DNA of 64,000 nucleotides from Heterodontus francisci. Its lineage: Eukaryota. A model generated the notes under the pieces. The model ran no database searches. It had not been told where the DNA came from and saw nothing but the letters and a program-made list of their open reading frames with translations. Positions 1 to 11,830 of this stretch are shown here, one piece after another. Location of the stretch: positions 26,297,461 through 26,361,460 of the forward strand of contig NC_090403.1 in the NCBI RefSeq assembly GCF_036365525.1, written 5' to 3'. Both the position numbers and the translations under genes were made by a program. Each line of letters opens with the position of its first letter. The first letter of the stretch is position 1.

Positions 1-520
1 ATTGAAATTCATACATCACACAACTCACTTGTGTGATAGGCAGGATGATGTTTGCCTTGACAGCAGCATCAGGTTAGTGGTGAACACCATGCGTGTTGCT
101 ACTGCATAGCGAACTTTACCTGTTGATCAATGTTTTGGGATACATTACCTCCAGGGTAATTTGAGGTAGACTGGGCATTTCTCAGGGCCACAAATAATGG
201 CCTTACGTACGTTTCTATGTTTCCGTGATTTCCAGTGAGAAATGATCTGATCAGGGTCACCAATGTCACACAGCATTTAATTGATTCACCCTATTTCAGC
301 ATCAAGATTGCATGGTGAGCAAATGGCTCGGGCCCTATTTACGAGGTTGACCATAAAGTCAATCTTATAGCGCGTGGAACTGTAGGAATCCCAATACTTG
401 TATTGAACAATGAAGTATAAGATGTTGTTTTCCCTTACATTGGTTATTCCTGCGTGTTGTCCTGATGAGTGCAAAATGAAAAGCTTCGACAACATATCTC
501 TATTTTAAGCAATTCTCAAA
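1..520 (-). mobile_element. Penelope-like retroelement remnant, partial (cut by window start)
   Basis: Minus strand reads YxxWDSYSSTRYKIDFMVNLVNRARAICSPCNLDAEIG (Penelope RT thumb-like), next to an inverted terminal repeat with a hammerhead motif. Homologous to about 14845-15363. Confidence 0.8.
455..494 (+). ncRNA. Minimal type I hammerhead ribozyme motif
   Basis: TGTTGTC-CTGATGA-GT gcaaa AT-GAAA-AGCT-TC-GACAACA: perfect 7-bp stem I, CUGAUGA and GAAA cores, 2-bp stem II (G-U, U-A), palindromic AAGCTT stem III, UUC cleavage triplet. Confidence 0.8.
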
Positions 521-2036
521 AACTAGGACAAGCGAGCGGAAAGTCCTCTTTGCTTTTTGTTAATTCTAAATTCCTATCCACCATTTATTTTGAGACTTGC
601 ATTATAAAATTGATGGTCTGAGTGCATAAAACAAGGCACTTCAGATGAAAAGAGGTAGAAATTATGATGTCACTTCGTGGGTGGGAGACAAAGGAATGAA
701 TAGAGGGTCGATGGAATGTTCGGGATGCAAAGCGGCAATAAACTGAACCATTTGGTCGCTGCGTAAAAGATAATGGGAGATTGACTAACAATTTAGGTGA
801 AGCTGTTTGTCAGCATTTATCATTGTAAATTGCTATGTTAGCATTTGAAATCCAATTTTGACATGGCAACTGCCAAACTGCCATGATATAATTGCAGCCT
901 TTGGTCATAAGGTTGCTCTTTCCATATCTTCCTATTATTCGCTTGGAGAGAATAGTGCGAACGAATGGAAGGATTTGCAGGATTTTTAACAGTCTGACAA
1001 ATGGCGTCTTGAGCATTCCTTCCATGGCCATAAACATACCAATTGACAGATTGATCAGTCCAAGACAACAGGAGAGTATTATAGGCTCCCATAAACCATG
1101 CGGAGTATGGGGAATCCACTGGATACATGTGCACACGTGGATGTCAACCCAGAATTCAGAACCAGAATTTGGACCCTCCATTGAGACACTCTGGGACATC
1201 CCATCCTCTGACCCGAGGCAGTAATCAAAATACTAAGCCAAAGGTTCACTCCAGGCCCTGGCGTGATCCTGTGGAATAAGTCTCTGAAGTTTTCCAACAT
1301 GCATAGAAAAAATGTATATTGATGAATTGACTGTGGACAAACCCAGGGGAAATGTATTCATAAGAAATGAGAGGATAGTCAGTGAAGGGCTGTGTGCACT
1401 TGTGGATGAATGAAGACTTGTGTTTGAACAAATGGTAGAAATATTGAGATGAATACACAAAAGCAAGGATGAAGTGCATATCAGTGGACCAAAGGGAAGG
1501 GAGGATAAAACAAGTAAGTGTGAATGACAGTAGAAAATACACCTGGTCCAGATCATATGCAGTCTAAGAAACTATGAAATAAGGTCAATGAGAGAAAGAA
1601 CAAATCATAATTTTCCAATCAACTTCAGAAACAAGTATTGTGCCAAAGGATTGCAGGGTGGCAAGATATTAGACTTAATTCAACTGTATGTAACTCTATG
1701 GAGTCCATAGTATGGGGTGAAATAATTGAGAAGTCGGAGAAGCATGAGGGACAGTCAACACGAATCTGTAAATAATACTTGTGCTTGCAGAATACCGTTT
1801 AAGTTTTCAATAAGCTCACATACAAATCGACAGAAATGCAATCAGTGTTAAAGATATAGATTTTCAGAAGGTGTAAGACACTCCCACTTTTCACTCATTC
1901 TCACTCATCACACCCATTGACTGATTTCCCCGTCTGTACTCTGTGTCAGATACTCCAGTCATCTCCTGCCGCCACCCATTCCTTTTCTCCGTCCATTTCC
2001 AATTGATGGCTTTATTTTGCCCTTTCCTGTTTAACA

Positions 2037-4935
2037 GGAACTGGTGGTCTGAGGTGTATTTGTTTTAATGCAAGAAGTGTAGTAGGTAAGGCAGATGAAC
2101 TTAGGGCTTGGATTAGTACCTGGGTGTATGATGTTATTGCTATTACTGAGACTTGGTTAAGGGAAGGGCATGATTGGCAACTAAATATCCCAGGATACCG
2201 ATGCTTCAGGCGGGATAGAGAGGGAGGGAAAAGGGGGGGAGGAGTTGCATTACTGGTCAAAGAGGATATCACAGCTGTGCTGAAGGAAGGCACTAAGGAG
2301 GACTCGAGCTGTGAGGCAATATGGGCAGAACTCAGAAATAGGAAGGGTGCGGTAACAATGTTGGGGCTGTACTATAGGCCTCCCAACAGCGAGCGTGAGA
2401 TAGAGGTACAAATATGGAAACAGATTATGGAAAGCTGTAGGAGCAACAGGATGGTGGTGATAGGAGATTTTAATTTTCCCAACATTGACTGGGATTCACT
2501 TAATGTTAGAGGTCTAGATGGAGCAGAATTTGTAAGGAGCATCCAGGAGGGTTTTCTAGAACAGTATGTAAATAGTCCAACTCGGGAAGGGGCCATACTG
2601 GACCTGGTGTTGGGAAATGAGCCGAGCCAGGTGGTTGACGTTTCAGTAGGGGACTACTTTGGGAATAGTGATCACAATTCCGTAAGTTTTAGAATACTCA
2701 TGGACAAAGACGAGAGTGGTCCTAAAGGAAGAGTGCTAAACTGGGGGAAGGCCAACTATACCAAAATTCGGCAGGAGCTGGGGAATGTAGATTGGGAGCA
2801 GCTGTTTGAAGGTAAATCCACTTTTGATATGTGGGAGGCTTTTAAAGAGAGGTTGATTAGCGTGCAGGAGAGACATGTTCCTGTGAAAATGAGGGGTAGA
2901 AATGGCAAGATTAGGGAACCATGGATGACAGGTGAAATTGTGAGACTAGCTAAGAGGAAAAAGGAAGCACACATAAGGTCTAGGCGGCTGAAGAAAGACG
3001 AAGCTTTGAAAGAATATCGGGATTGTAGGACCAATCTGAAACGAGGAATTAAGAGGGCTAAAAGGGGTCATGAAATATCTTTAGCAAACAGGGTTAAGGA
3101 AAATCCCAAAGCCTTTTATTCATATATAAGGAGCAAGAGGGTAACTAGAGAAAGGATTGGCCCACTCAAGGACAAAGGAGGAAAGTTATGCGTGGAGTCA
3201 GAGAAAATGGGTGAGATTCTAAACGAGTACCTTGCATCGGTATTCACCGAGGAGAGGGACATGACGGATGTTGAGGTTAGGGACAGATGTTTGATTACTC
3301 TAGGTCAAGTCGGCATAAGGAGGGAGGAAGTGTTGGGTATTCTAAAAGGCATTAAGCTGGACAAGTCCCCAGGTCCGGATGGGATCTATCCCAGGTTACT
3401 GTGGGAAGCGAGAGAGGAAATAGTTGGGGCCTTAACAGATATCTTTGCAACATCCTTAAACACGGGTGAGGTCCCGGAGGACTGGAGAATTGCTAATGTT
3501 GACCCCTTGCTTAAGAAGGGTAGCAGGGAAAGTCCAGGTAATTATAGACCGGTGAGCCTGACGTCAGTGGTAGGGAAGCTGCTGGAGAAGATACTGAGGG
3601 ATAGGATCGATTCCCATCTGGAAGAAAATGGGCTCATCAGTGATAGGCAACATGGTTTTGTGCAGGGAAGGTCATGTCTTACCAACTTAATAGAATTCTT
3701 TGAGGAAGTGACAAAGTTGATTGATGAGGGAAGGGCTGTAGATGTCACATACATGGACTTCAGTAAGGCGTTTGATAAGGTTCCCCATGGTAGGCTGATG
3801 GAGAAAGTGAAGGCGCATGGGGTCCAAGGTGTACTAGCTAGATGGATAAAGAACTGGCTGGGCAACAGGAGACAGAGAGTAGCAGTGGAAGGGAGTTTCT
3901 CAAATTGGAGACGTGTGACCAGTGGTGTTCCACAGGGATCCGTGCTGGGACCACTGTTGTTTGTGATATACATAAATGATTTGGAGGAAAGTATAGGTGG
4001 TCTGATTAGCAAGTTTGCAGACGACACTAAGATTGGTGGAGTAGCAGATACTGAAGGGGACTGTCAGAGAATACAGCAGAATATAGATAGACTGGAGAGT
4101 TGGGCAGAGAAATGGCAGATGGAGTTCAATAGGGCAAATGCGAGGTGATGCATTTTGGAAGATCCAATTCAAGAGTGAACTATACAGTAAATGGAAAAGT
4201 CCTGGGGAAAATTGATGTACAGAGAGATTTGGGTGTTCAGGTTCATTGTTCCCTGAAGGTGGCAACGCAGGTCAATAGAGTGGTCAAGAAGGCATACGGC
4301 ATGCTTTCCTTCATCGGACGGGGTATTGAGTGCAAGAGTTGGCAGGTCATGTTACAGTTGTATAGGACTTTGGTTCGGCCACATTTGGAATACTGCGTGC
4401 CGTTCTGGTCGCCCCATTACCAAAAGGATGTGGATGCTTTGGAGAGGGTGCAGAGGAGGTTCACCAGGATGTTGCCTGGTATGGAGGGCGCTAGCTATGA
4501 AGAGAGGTTGAGTAGATTAGGATTATTTTCATTAGAAAGACGGAGGTTGAGGGGGGACCTGATTGAGGTGTACAAAATCATGAGAGGTATCGACAGGGTG
4601 GATAGCAAGAAGCTTTTTCCCAGAGTGGGGGATTCAATTACAAGGGGACACGAGTTCAAAGTGAAAGGGGAAAAGTTTAGGGGGGATATCTGTGGAAAGT
4701 TCTTTACGCAGAGGGTGGTGGGTGCATGGAACGCATTACCAGCGGAGGTGGTAGACGCGGGCACGATAGCGTCTTTTAAGATGTATCTGGACAGATACAT
4801 GAATGGGCAGGAAGTAAAGAGATACAGACCCTTAGAAAATAGGCGACAGGTTTAGATAGAGGATCTGGATCGGCGTAGGCTTGGAGGGCCGAAGGGCCTG
4901 TTCCTGTGCTGTAATTCTCTTTGTTCTTTGTTCTT
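2037..4935 (+). mobile_element. CR1-clade LINE, ORF2 (APE endonuclease + RT) with a 1-bp frameshift; ORF1 absent
   Basis: EN motifs CFNARS, ITETW, GDFN, SDH; RT motifs DFSKAFDKVPH, GVPQGSVLGP, FADD; 3' tail (TTCTTTG)n. A C is missing after 4130 relative to the other two copies, splitting the ORF into 674 aa and 236 aa. Confidence 0.96.
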
Positions 4936-5206
4936 CTAACACCTCAGGCTTAATCCTCTCTCATTTGGAGTGTGGATATGAAGTTGAGAAAAGAGTGGAA
5001 AATCAGGTAAATTGGGTTTGAAATGGATTGACAGCTTTGAGCAGTGAGGGAAAATCAGACAGCAGAGAGAGGAGACTTGAGCAGAGATTGTATCAGTAAC
5101 AGACAGCAAGGAGAAAAATCCAGAGCATTTATAGTGAGTATGGAAAACTGATCAACACAAATGAGAAATAGATATTATTCTTGTAAATGTGAATTTTTGA
5201 AAACAA

Positions 5207-5795
5207 TTTATTTACACCAACATATATTCATTCAGTATAAAAGATTTCCAGTTTACAAAAACATTGTCTATCCCACAACTCTTAATAAATATCAATAAGT
5301 TAATTTTTAAACTCACTTTACACATTGTATAACACTGTAACATTTCATTATGTGAACAAATCACAACAATAAATATCAATGAATTAGGATGAATTGAGAT
5401 GGATTGTAGTTTGGGCTCTTTGGAGAGCAGAATTGTAAAGGTCAGTGTGACTCAGGGTTCATTGATCTGCAAGCCTACACCCTTGAAAGCCCAATAGGGC
5501 ATTCAAAACCAGACTCCCCACAATGAGCCCTTTAGCATTTCATCACAGGAAGTTATCACAGTAATAAATATAAATAAATTAAAATAAATAATTAAATATG
5601 AAAAAATATTAAGCCAGTCATTCTTCTCTATCGGTCATTTTGCTGCCAATGGCATCATTACAGCAATCCAATTGCATTAAAATATTAAATAAAATAAATA
5701 TTGTTGAATAAAATATATGTAGTTATACATTTAAGGCATTTAAAATAAATATTTATTTTTTCCAGTCTGTACTGAAACATGTCTTTGGAAAGTCT
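5207..5795 (-). promoter_or_regulatory. Probable IFN 3' UTR with AU-rich elements and candidate polyA signal (present in all five copies)
   Basis: Many ATTTA pentamers on the minus strand (taaat on plus) at about 5565-5755, directly after the stop codon. AATAAA on the minus strand at 5207-5212. AU-rich 3' UTRs are typical of cytokine mRNAs. Confidence 0.7.
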
Positions 5796-8700
5796 TCAGT
5801 TTCTTCTTCTGATTTTTGCTGTTATAACAAGGATCTGTTGTAAACAGGCTCTGGTCTCAGTGCGGATTATTTCCCAGGCACAGTCACTGAATATCTGAAG
5901 GAAGGAAATATTCGGGAAAATCCATTAGAGAATCAATAGATTTAAATGGGGTGAAATGAACTAAATGCTAGTAATTACACAGAAAATACCAATTGTCCCA
6001 CCTTCTGTTTGAGAAACTTTTCCAGTTTCCTGAAGTATTTGTGAATGGCAGTCTTGCTCCTGGGCTTGGACTCTGATCTCAATTTCCAGACACATTCTTC
6101 CAGCTCTCCGAGTTGCCGATCGAGGAGAAGACGAAAGTTTTCCACCTTGTCTCGGGGCCATGTAACTGAGCCCAGGTTCATGCTGTAGATCTTGTTGATG
6201 TGACGCAGGGTTTGATGGACAATCTGGATGCTGTCCTGGGCCTGTGCACAATAGACACAATGACATTAGAGGGGGTCTTATACCTTTTCGGTTTAAAGTA
6301 GTTATGGAAAGGAACAAGGAATAGGTCAACAGTAAATAAGCAACGGGAGGCTTTAATAGTGAAGACATCTTGGGTACAGACTGGGTTCATTCCTATGAAG
6401 CAGTAAGTAAGGACATGCAAAAATTCGAGCTCCGTGGATAGAGAGCTTAAATAGATAGTGAAAAGGAAGGCTTCTCATAAATATTAGGCTCATAATAACG
6501 TGGGGAACGAAGCTGAATATAAACAGTGCAGAGAAGAACTATCAAAGAAATGAGGGGCAGAGTGCAGAGAAAATAGACTAGCTGCAAACATAAAAGGGAA
6601 GCTACAAATCTTTTACAAGCATGTAAAGGGAAAGAAGGGTTAGTAATTAGTGGCCGGAAAAGCAATTTTCTTCTGGAGCAGGGGGTACAGCTGAGGATCT
6701 AAATGATTAATTTGCACGTGTCTTCACTAAATAGGATGGTTCGAATATCACAGTAAAGATGGGTGTTTGGCAGAGGTGGAGGTAGAAGAAAAATTGGATA
6801 GGGTGAAAATAGATACAGAGGAGGTAGTTAAAAGATTGATAGCACTCTAAGTAGGAAAGTCACCCGGTCTGGATAGAATATGTCTCAGGTTGCTGAGGAA
6901 AGTAAGTGCTGAAATAATGGAAGTTCTGGCCACAATTTTCCAGTCCTCCTCAGATGTGAGAGTGATGCCAAAGGACTGGAAGTTTTCTTCCTGTTCAAAA
7001 AAGAAAGAGGGTAAACTTGACAACCACAGGCCAGTTCGCCCTTCATGGGTGGCGGGAAGTTTGTCGACACTATTTTTCCAAGGTAAAAGGAATTGTCACT
7101 TACCAAAATATGACTTAGTAAATGTCAACCAGTAAAAATTTGTTAAGGTAAAATCATGTTGCCTAACTTGATTGAGTTATTGTATCAAGTAGCAGAAAGG
7201 ATTGCTGAGGGAGGTGTGGTGATTGTTGTGTATGTAGATCTTCAAAATATCTGTATACGGATTTGCTGAATTGATGGTGAAAAAATTCAATAATAGGTTT
7301 GAAAGGGAAATTGAGTAAATAGTTGAAGAGGAAAGGTTTGCATGGCTATGGGAAATAGTGAGGGGAGTGGGAATAATTGGATAATTCATTCAAAGAGCCT
7401 GCACAAGCATGATGAGCCACATGGCCTCTTCTGTACCATTCAATGATTCTATGACGTAACCTGCCCTGATGGTGCAAACCACACAGCCAATCACTGTAGC
7501 TCAGGAGTGAGATGGTTAGAGGGAGGCAGATTGTTACATTGTGTAAGATGAATGGGTGAGTTTAAATAATTGGAGGAAGTGAGATGATGAGAAGCAAAGT
7601 AATTTGACAAGATTCATGGTTAACATAGATGGAGGTTGTGAAATGGTTAAAAGAATGATTAGGGGACACTGGCGTACTGATAATGTTACTTGAATACTAA
7701 TTCAGACGCCAGGAAAAAGCTCTGGGAACATGAGTCCAAATCCCACCAGAGTGGCTGGTGGAAATTAAATTTAATTATTAAATCTGCGGTTAAAAGCTAG
7801 TCTCATTTATGGTTACCATGAAACTATTGGATTGTCAATAGAAACACATCTATTTCATCATTGCCAAATCTACTGTCCTTACCTGGTCTGGCCTACATGT
7901 GACTCCAGACCTGACTCTGAAAGGGCCTAGCAAGCCATTCAGTTGTATCAAACCACTGTAGAAAAGTTGAATAAGAATAAAACTTGACAGATTGACCACA
8001 GCACCAGAAATGACAATGTCAGACTCTGACCAGTCAACCCTACAAAATCCTCCTTACTATTTATCTGGGGACCTGTGCCAAAATAAAGAGAACTGTCCCA
8101 CAGACTGCACAAGTTTGCCTGGCAGATTCATACTCACTGAATCATACCATACAGCTATTGTCCCAGACTACTCCATCATCATCGCAATGGGACAAGATAT
8201 ACCCACCAGAAGTAGTTGCACAGTATTAAACAGTGGGGAGGGAGTGTGCTCAACATTGACTCCAGACCCCATGAATTCTTACACCATCAGGCCAAACATG
8301 GGCAAGGAAATCACCTGCTGATTACCACCTAAAACCTCCCTCAGACGATCAAACTTGCTCTGCCACACAATAAGATCATGGCTGATCCGATTGTGACATT
8401 AACTCCACTTTCCTCCCTTAACCAGCACCACCCCCATATCTCTTGACTCCCCAGTAGATCAAAAATCTGTCTAACTCAGCCTTGAATATGTTCGGTGAAT
8501 CAACCACCACTGCTCTCTGGGGAAGAGAATTCCAAATATTAAAGACCCTCTGAGAGAAGAAAGACCTCCTCGTTTCCATCTTAAAAAGAGACTCCTTATT
8601 TTAAAATTGTGCCCCCTTGTCTATCTCATGAAGAAAAACATCCTGTCAGCATCTACGCTGTCAAGCCCCCTCAGAATATTATATGTTTCAATGAGATCAC

Positions 8701-11700
8701 CTCTCATTCTTCTAAACTCCAATGAATATAGACCCAACCTCATCAACCTTTCCTCATAAGACAACCCTTTCATCCTAGGAATCAGCCCAGAGAGCTTTTG
8801 CTGAACTGCTTCCAATGCATGTATATCCCTCAGATGATGAATCAGTACTCCTTCATGTTTAACACCACTTTGAGGAAGCAGTGTGGGTCGTAATGGCACT
8901 GAATGTACTCTTGGTGGAGAACCTCAATGCCCATCACCAAGAGTGGCTCAGTAGCAGCACTACTGACCGAGCTAGTCCAGTCCTGATAGATGTAACATCC
9001 AGACTGGGCCTGCAGCAAGTGGTGATGATCCAGGAAAAAGGAAATTTGCCTGACATCGCCCTCACCAAGCGACCTGTTGCAGATGCATCTGTCCATGACA
9101 GTATTGGTAGGAGTGAGTACCACATAGTCCTTATGGAGATGATGTCCTATCTTCACTCTGAGGATACTGTCCATTGTGTGCAATGGCACGACCACGGTGC
9201 TAAATGGGATACATTCAGGACAGATCTAGCAGCTGTAAACTGGGCATCCATGAGGCACTGTGAGCCATCAGCAGCAGCAGAATTGTATTCAATCACACTC
9301 TGTAACTGCATGGCCTGACATACCCCTCACTCGACCATCACCATCAAGCCAGAGGATCAGACCTGGTTCAATGAGGAGTTTAAGAGAGCAAGCCAGGAGC
9401 AGCACCAGGGATATCTAAAAATGAGATATCAACCTGGTGAAGCTACCACACAGGACAACATGCATGTTAAACAGCAGAAGCAGCATGCCATAGAGCTAAG
9501 AGATCCCACACCAATGGATCAGATCAAAGCTCTGCAGCCCTGCCACATCCAGTTGTGTGTGGTGGTGGACAATTAAACAACTGACAGGAGGAAAAGGCTC
9601 CACAAACATCCCCAGTGTCAATGCTGAGGGAGCCCAGAACATTAGTGCAAAAGACAAGGCTAAAGTATTTGCATCCATCTTGGCCTCCTCGTGAGGTCCC
9701 CAGCATCATAGATGCAAATCTTCAACCAATTCAATTCACTCCACGTGATATCAAGAAATGGCTGAAGGGACAGGATACAGCAAAGGCTATAGGGCCTGAC
9801 AACATCCTGGCAGTAGAATTGAAGACTTGTTCTCCAGAATAAGCTGCACCCTTAGCCAAGCTTTTCCAGTACAGCTACAACATTGCGATCTACCCAACAA
9901 AGCAGAAAATTGCCCAGGTGTGTCATGTGCACAAAAGACAGTTCAAATCCAATCTGGCCAATTTCCATCCCATCAGTCTGCTCTCGATCATCAGCAAAGT
10001 GCTGGAGGGTGTGGTCAACAGTTCTATCAAGTGGCACTTACACAGCAATAACCTGTTCACTGATGCACAGTTTGGGTTCCAACAGGGCTATCCAGCTCCA
10101 GGCCTCATAATAGCCTTTGTCCAGACATGGACAAAAGGGCTGAATTCAAGTGGTAAGATGAGAGTGACTGACTTGACATCAAGGCAGCATTTGACTGAGT
10201 GTGGAATCAAAGAGCCCTAGCAAAATTGAAGTCAATGTGAATCAGGGGGTAAACTCTTCATTGATTGGAGTCATACCTAGAACAAATGAAGATGATTGTG
10301 GTTGTTGACAGCCAAACATCTAAGCCCCAGGACATCGCTGCAGGAGTTTCACAGGTTAATGTCCCAGACCTAACCATCTTCAGCCGCTTCATCAATGACC
10401 TTCCCACCATCAGAAGCTCAGAAGTGGGAATGTTCACTGATGACGTTATTCAGTACCAACCGTGACTCCTCAGGTACTCAAGCAGTTCATCTCCACCTGC
10501 AGCAAGAGCTGAACAACATTCAGGCTTCGGCTGATAAGTGACAAGTAACATTCATGACCACAAGTGCCAAGCAATGACCATCTCCAACAAGAGAGAATCT
10601 AACCATCTCCACTTGATATTCAACAACATTACCATCACTGAATATCCCACTATCAACATCCTGAGGGTTATCATTGACCAGAAACTTAACCGGACCAGTC
10701 ATATAAATACTGTGGCAACAAGAGCAGCTCAGAGGCTGGTAATTCTGCGGGAGTAATTCACCTCCTGACTCCCCAATGCCAGTCCACCACCTACAAGGCA
10801 CAAGTCAGGAATGTGATGGAATACTCTCCACTTGCCTGGATGAGTGCAGCTCCAACAACACTCAAGATGCTCGACACCATCCAGGACAAAGCAGCCCAAT
10901 TGATTGACACCTGATCCAACACCTTCAACATTCTCTCCCTCCACCAGCATTGCAGTGTGTAACTTGTACAAGATGCACTGCAGCAAATCACCAAGAATTC
11001 TTCGACAGCACTTTCCAAAGCTGCAACCTCTACCACAGCAGCTGCTTGGCAACACTATCACCTGCGTGTTCCCCTCCAAGCTACAAACCATCCTGACTTG
11101 GGAGTATATCGCCGTTCCTCCACTGTTAGAATTAAGGAGAAAGTAAGTGCTGTCATTGTGAGTGATATAGTTAGTGAGTGAATGACTGAGTAGTTCTGCT
11201 GTCCTTCTCACACCAATGGGCGGAAAACACTGGATTTAAATTTCCTGGTGTTGAAATTTCTGATCAGGTTGATGATCTTACTCATACTCTCAATAAAACT
11301 CCAGTTCGAATAAAATAAACCCAGTGTTCACTCACCTCGAATCCCTTCGAAAGTTTCATCAGGTTCAAGGGCTTAGTTTTCAGCGAGAGCCTCTGTTTTA
11401 CACAGTGTCGAGGAAAGGGACCGCCCTGAGAGGAGATAACAATCACTGTTACAATCAGCCCCAGAAACTGAAATACTACAGAATCACTGACTATTAATTA
11501 GCAAAATTATAAACTGCAAACTATTTCTCCAAATATGGCTTTTCACAACAAACAAACCCTGTGTGGTCCGGTTATGGTTCTGAATGTGTTTTAAACTCAC
11601 CATTTCATTCAGTTTGCTCAGAGTCTCTGTGTTGAGAACTTGCTGTAACTGCAACCTCTCACAGCCCAGACTCAGGGTCCCGGGCAACAAGACCAACACC

Positions 11701-11732
11701 ATCCAAAATCTCCAAACACTGGGCAAAGCCAT
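5796..11732 (-). CDS. ifn1: Type I interferon, copy 1 (4 exons, 186 aa)
   Basis: Exons 11732-11601, 11425-11336, 6241-6002, 5894-5796, all GT-AG and phase 0. Protein: MALPSVWRFWMVLVLLPGTLSLGCERLQLQQVLNTETLSKLNEM|GGPFPRHCVKQRLSLKTKPLNLMKLSKGFE|AQDSIQIVHQTLRHINKIYSMNLGSVTWPRDKVENFRLLLDRQLGELEECVWKLRSESKPRSKTAIHKYFRKLEKFLKQK|IFSDCAWEIIRTETRACLQQILVITAKIRRRN*. Shows a signal peptide, MGGxFPxxC, YFxKLxxFL and CAWE type I IFN motifs. Confidence 0.95.
6380..7450 (+). mobile_element. Old, degenerate CR1-like LINE fragment in IFN intron 2 (repeated in every unit)
   Basis: Frameshifted RT-like remnants (KSPGLDRICxRLLRKVSAEIMEVLATIFQSSxDxxVMPKDWK; GKSCxxNLIE; VVYVDLQ). Boundaries approximate. Confidence 0.75.
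7670..11127 (+). mobile_element. Degenerate L2/CR1-group LINE with a SINE-like 5' segment in IFN intron 2
   Basis: EN remnants (LNAHHQEWL, HDSIGRSEYH) and RT remnants (KAIGPDNI, NFHPISLLSIISKVLE, QFGFQQG, GVSQ...FINDLP, MFTDD) with many stops and frameshifts. Boundaries approximate. Confidence 0.85.
8350..8825 (-). mobile_element. CR1-like 3' fragment nested in the older LINE (repeated in every unit)
   Basis: Reads ALEAVQQKLSGLIPRMKGLSYEERLxRLGLYSLEFRRMRGDLIETY. Flanked by a TSD-like repeat TCCCTCAGA(C/T)GAT at 8337-8349 and 8826-8838. Confidence 0.85.
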
Positions 11733-11830
11733 CCCAAGCGACCCAGAGTAAAACACTGATCTGAAGGATGAGTAACCGACGGCTTCGATGTTCAGCGCCA
11801 AAACGCGTCTTGTTCACTGACTTAAACTGT

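Noticed and set aside
2124-4855. Prokaryotic RT system (retron, group II intron, DGR) or domesticated host gene
   Set aside because: APE endonuclease plus RT plus a simple-repeat tail is a standard vertebrate CR1 LINE, with same-family truncated copies nearby and one copy frameshifted.
5752-5757. AATAAA about 40 nt after the IFN stop as the main polyA signal
   Set aside because: It lies at the start of a very AT-rich tract where the hexamer occurs by chance, and using it would remove the AU-rich elements. It cannot be excluded without 3' RACE.
5961-6420. Overlapping 135-, 68- and 80-aa ORFs as separate genes
   Set aside because: Only the frame of the 68-aa ORF is coding (IFN exon 3). The others are alternative frames of the same DNA.
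8842-11211. Many 60-176 aa ORFs recurring in every unit as conserved small genes
   Set aside because: They are fragments or antisense frames of a decayed LINE. Recurrence reflects recent duplication, not selection.
11484-11801. 105-aa ORF as a stand-alone protein or N-terminally extended IFN
   Set aside because: It starts at TTG and reads through the exon 1 donor into intron 1. The ATG at 11732 gives a normal signal peptide.
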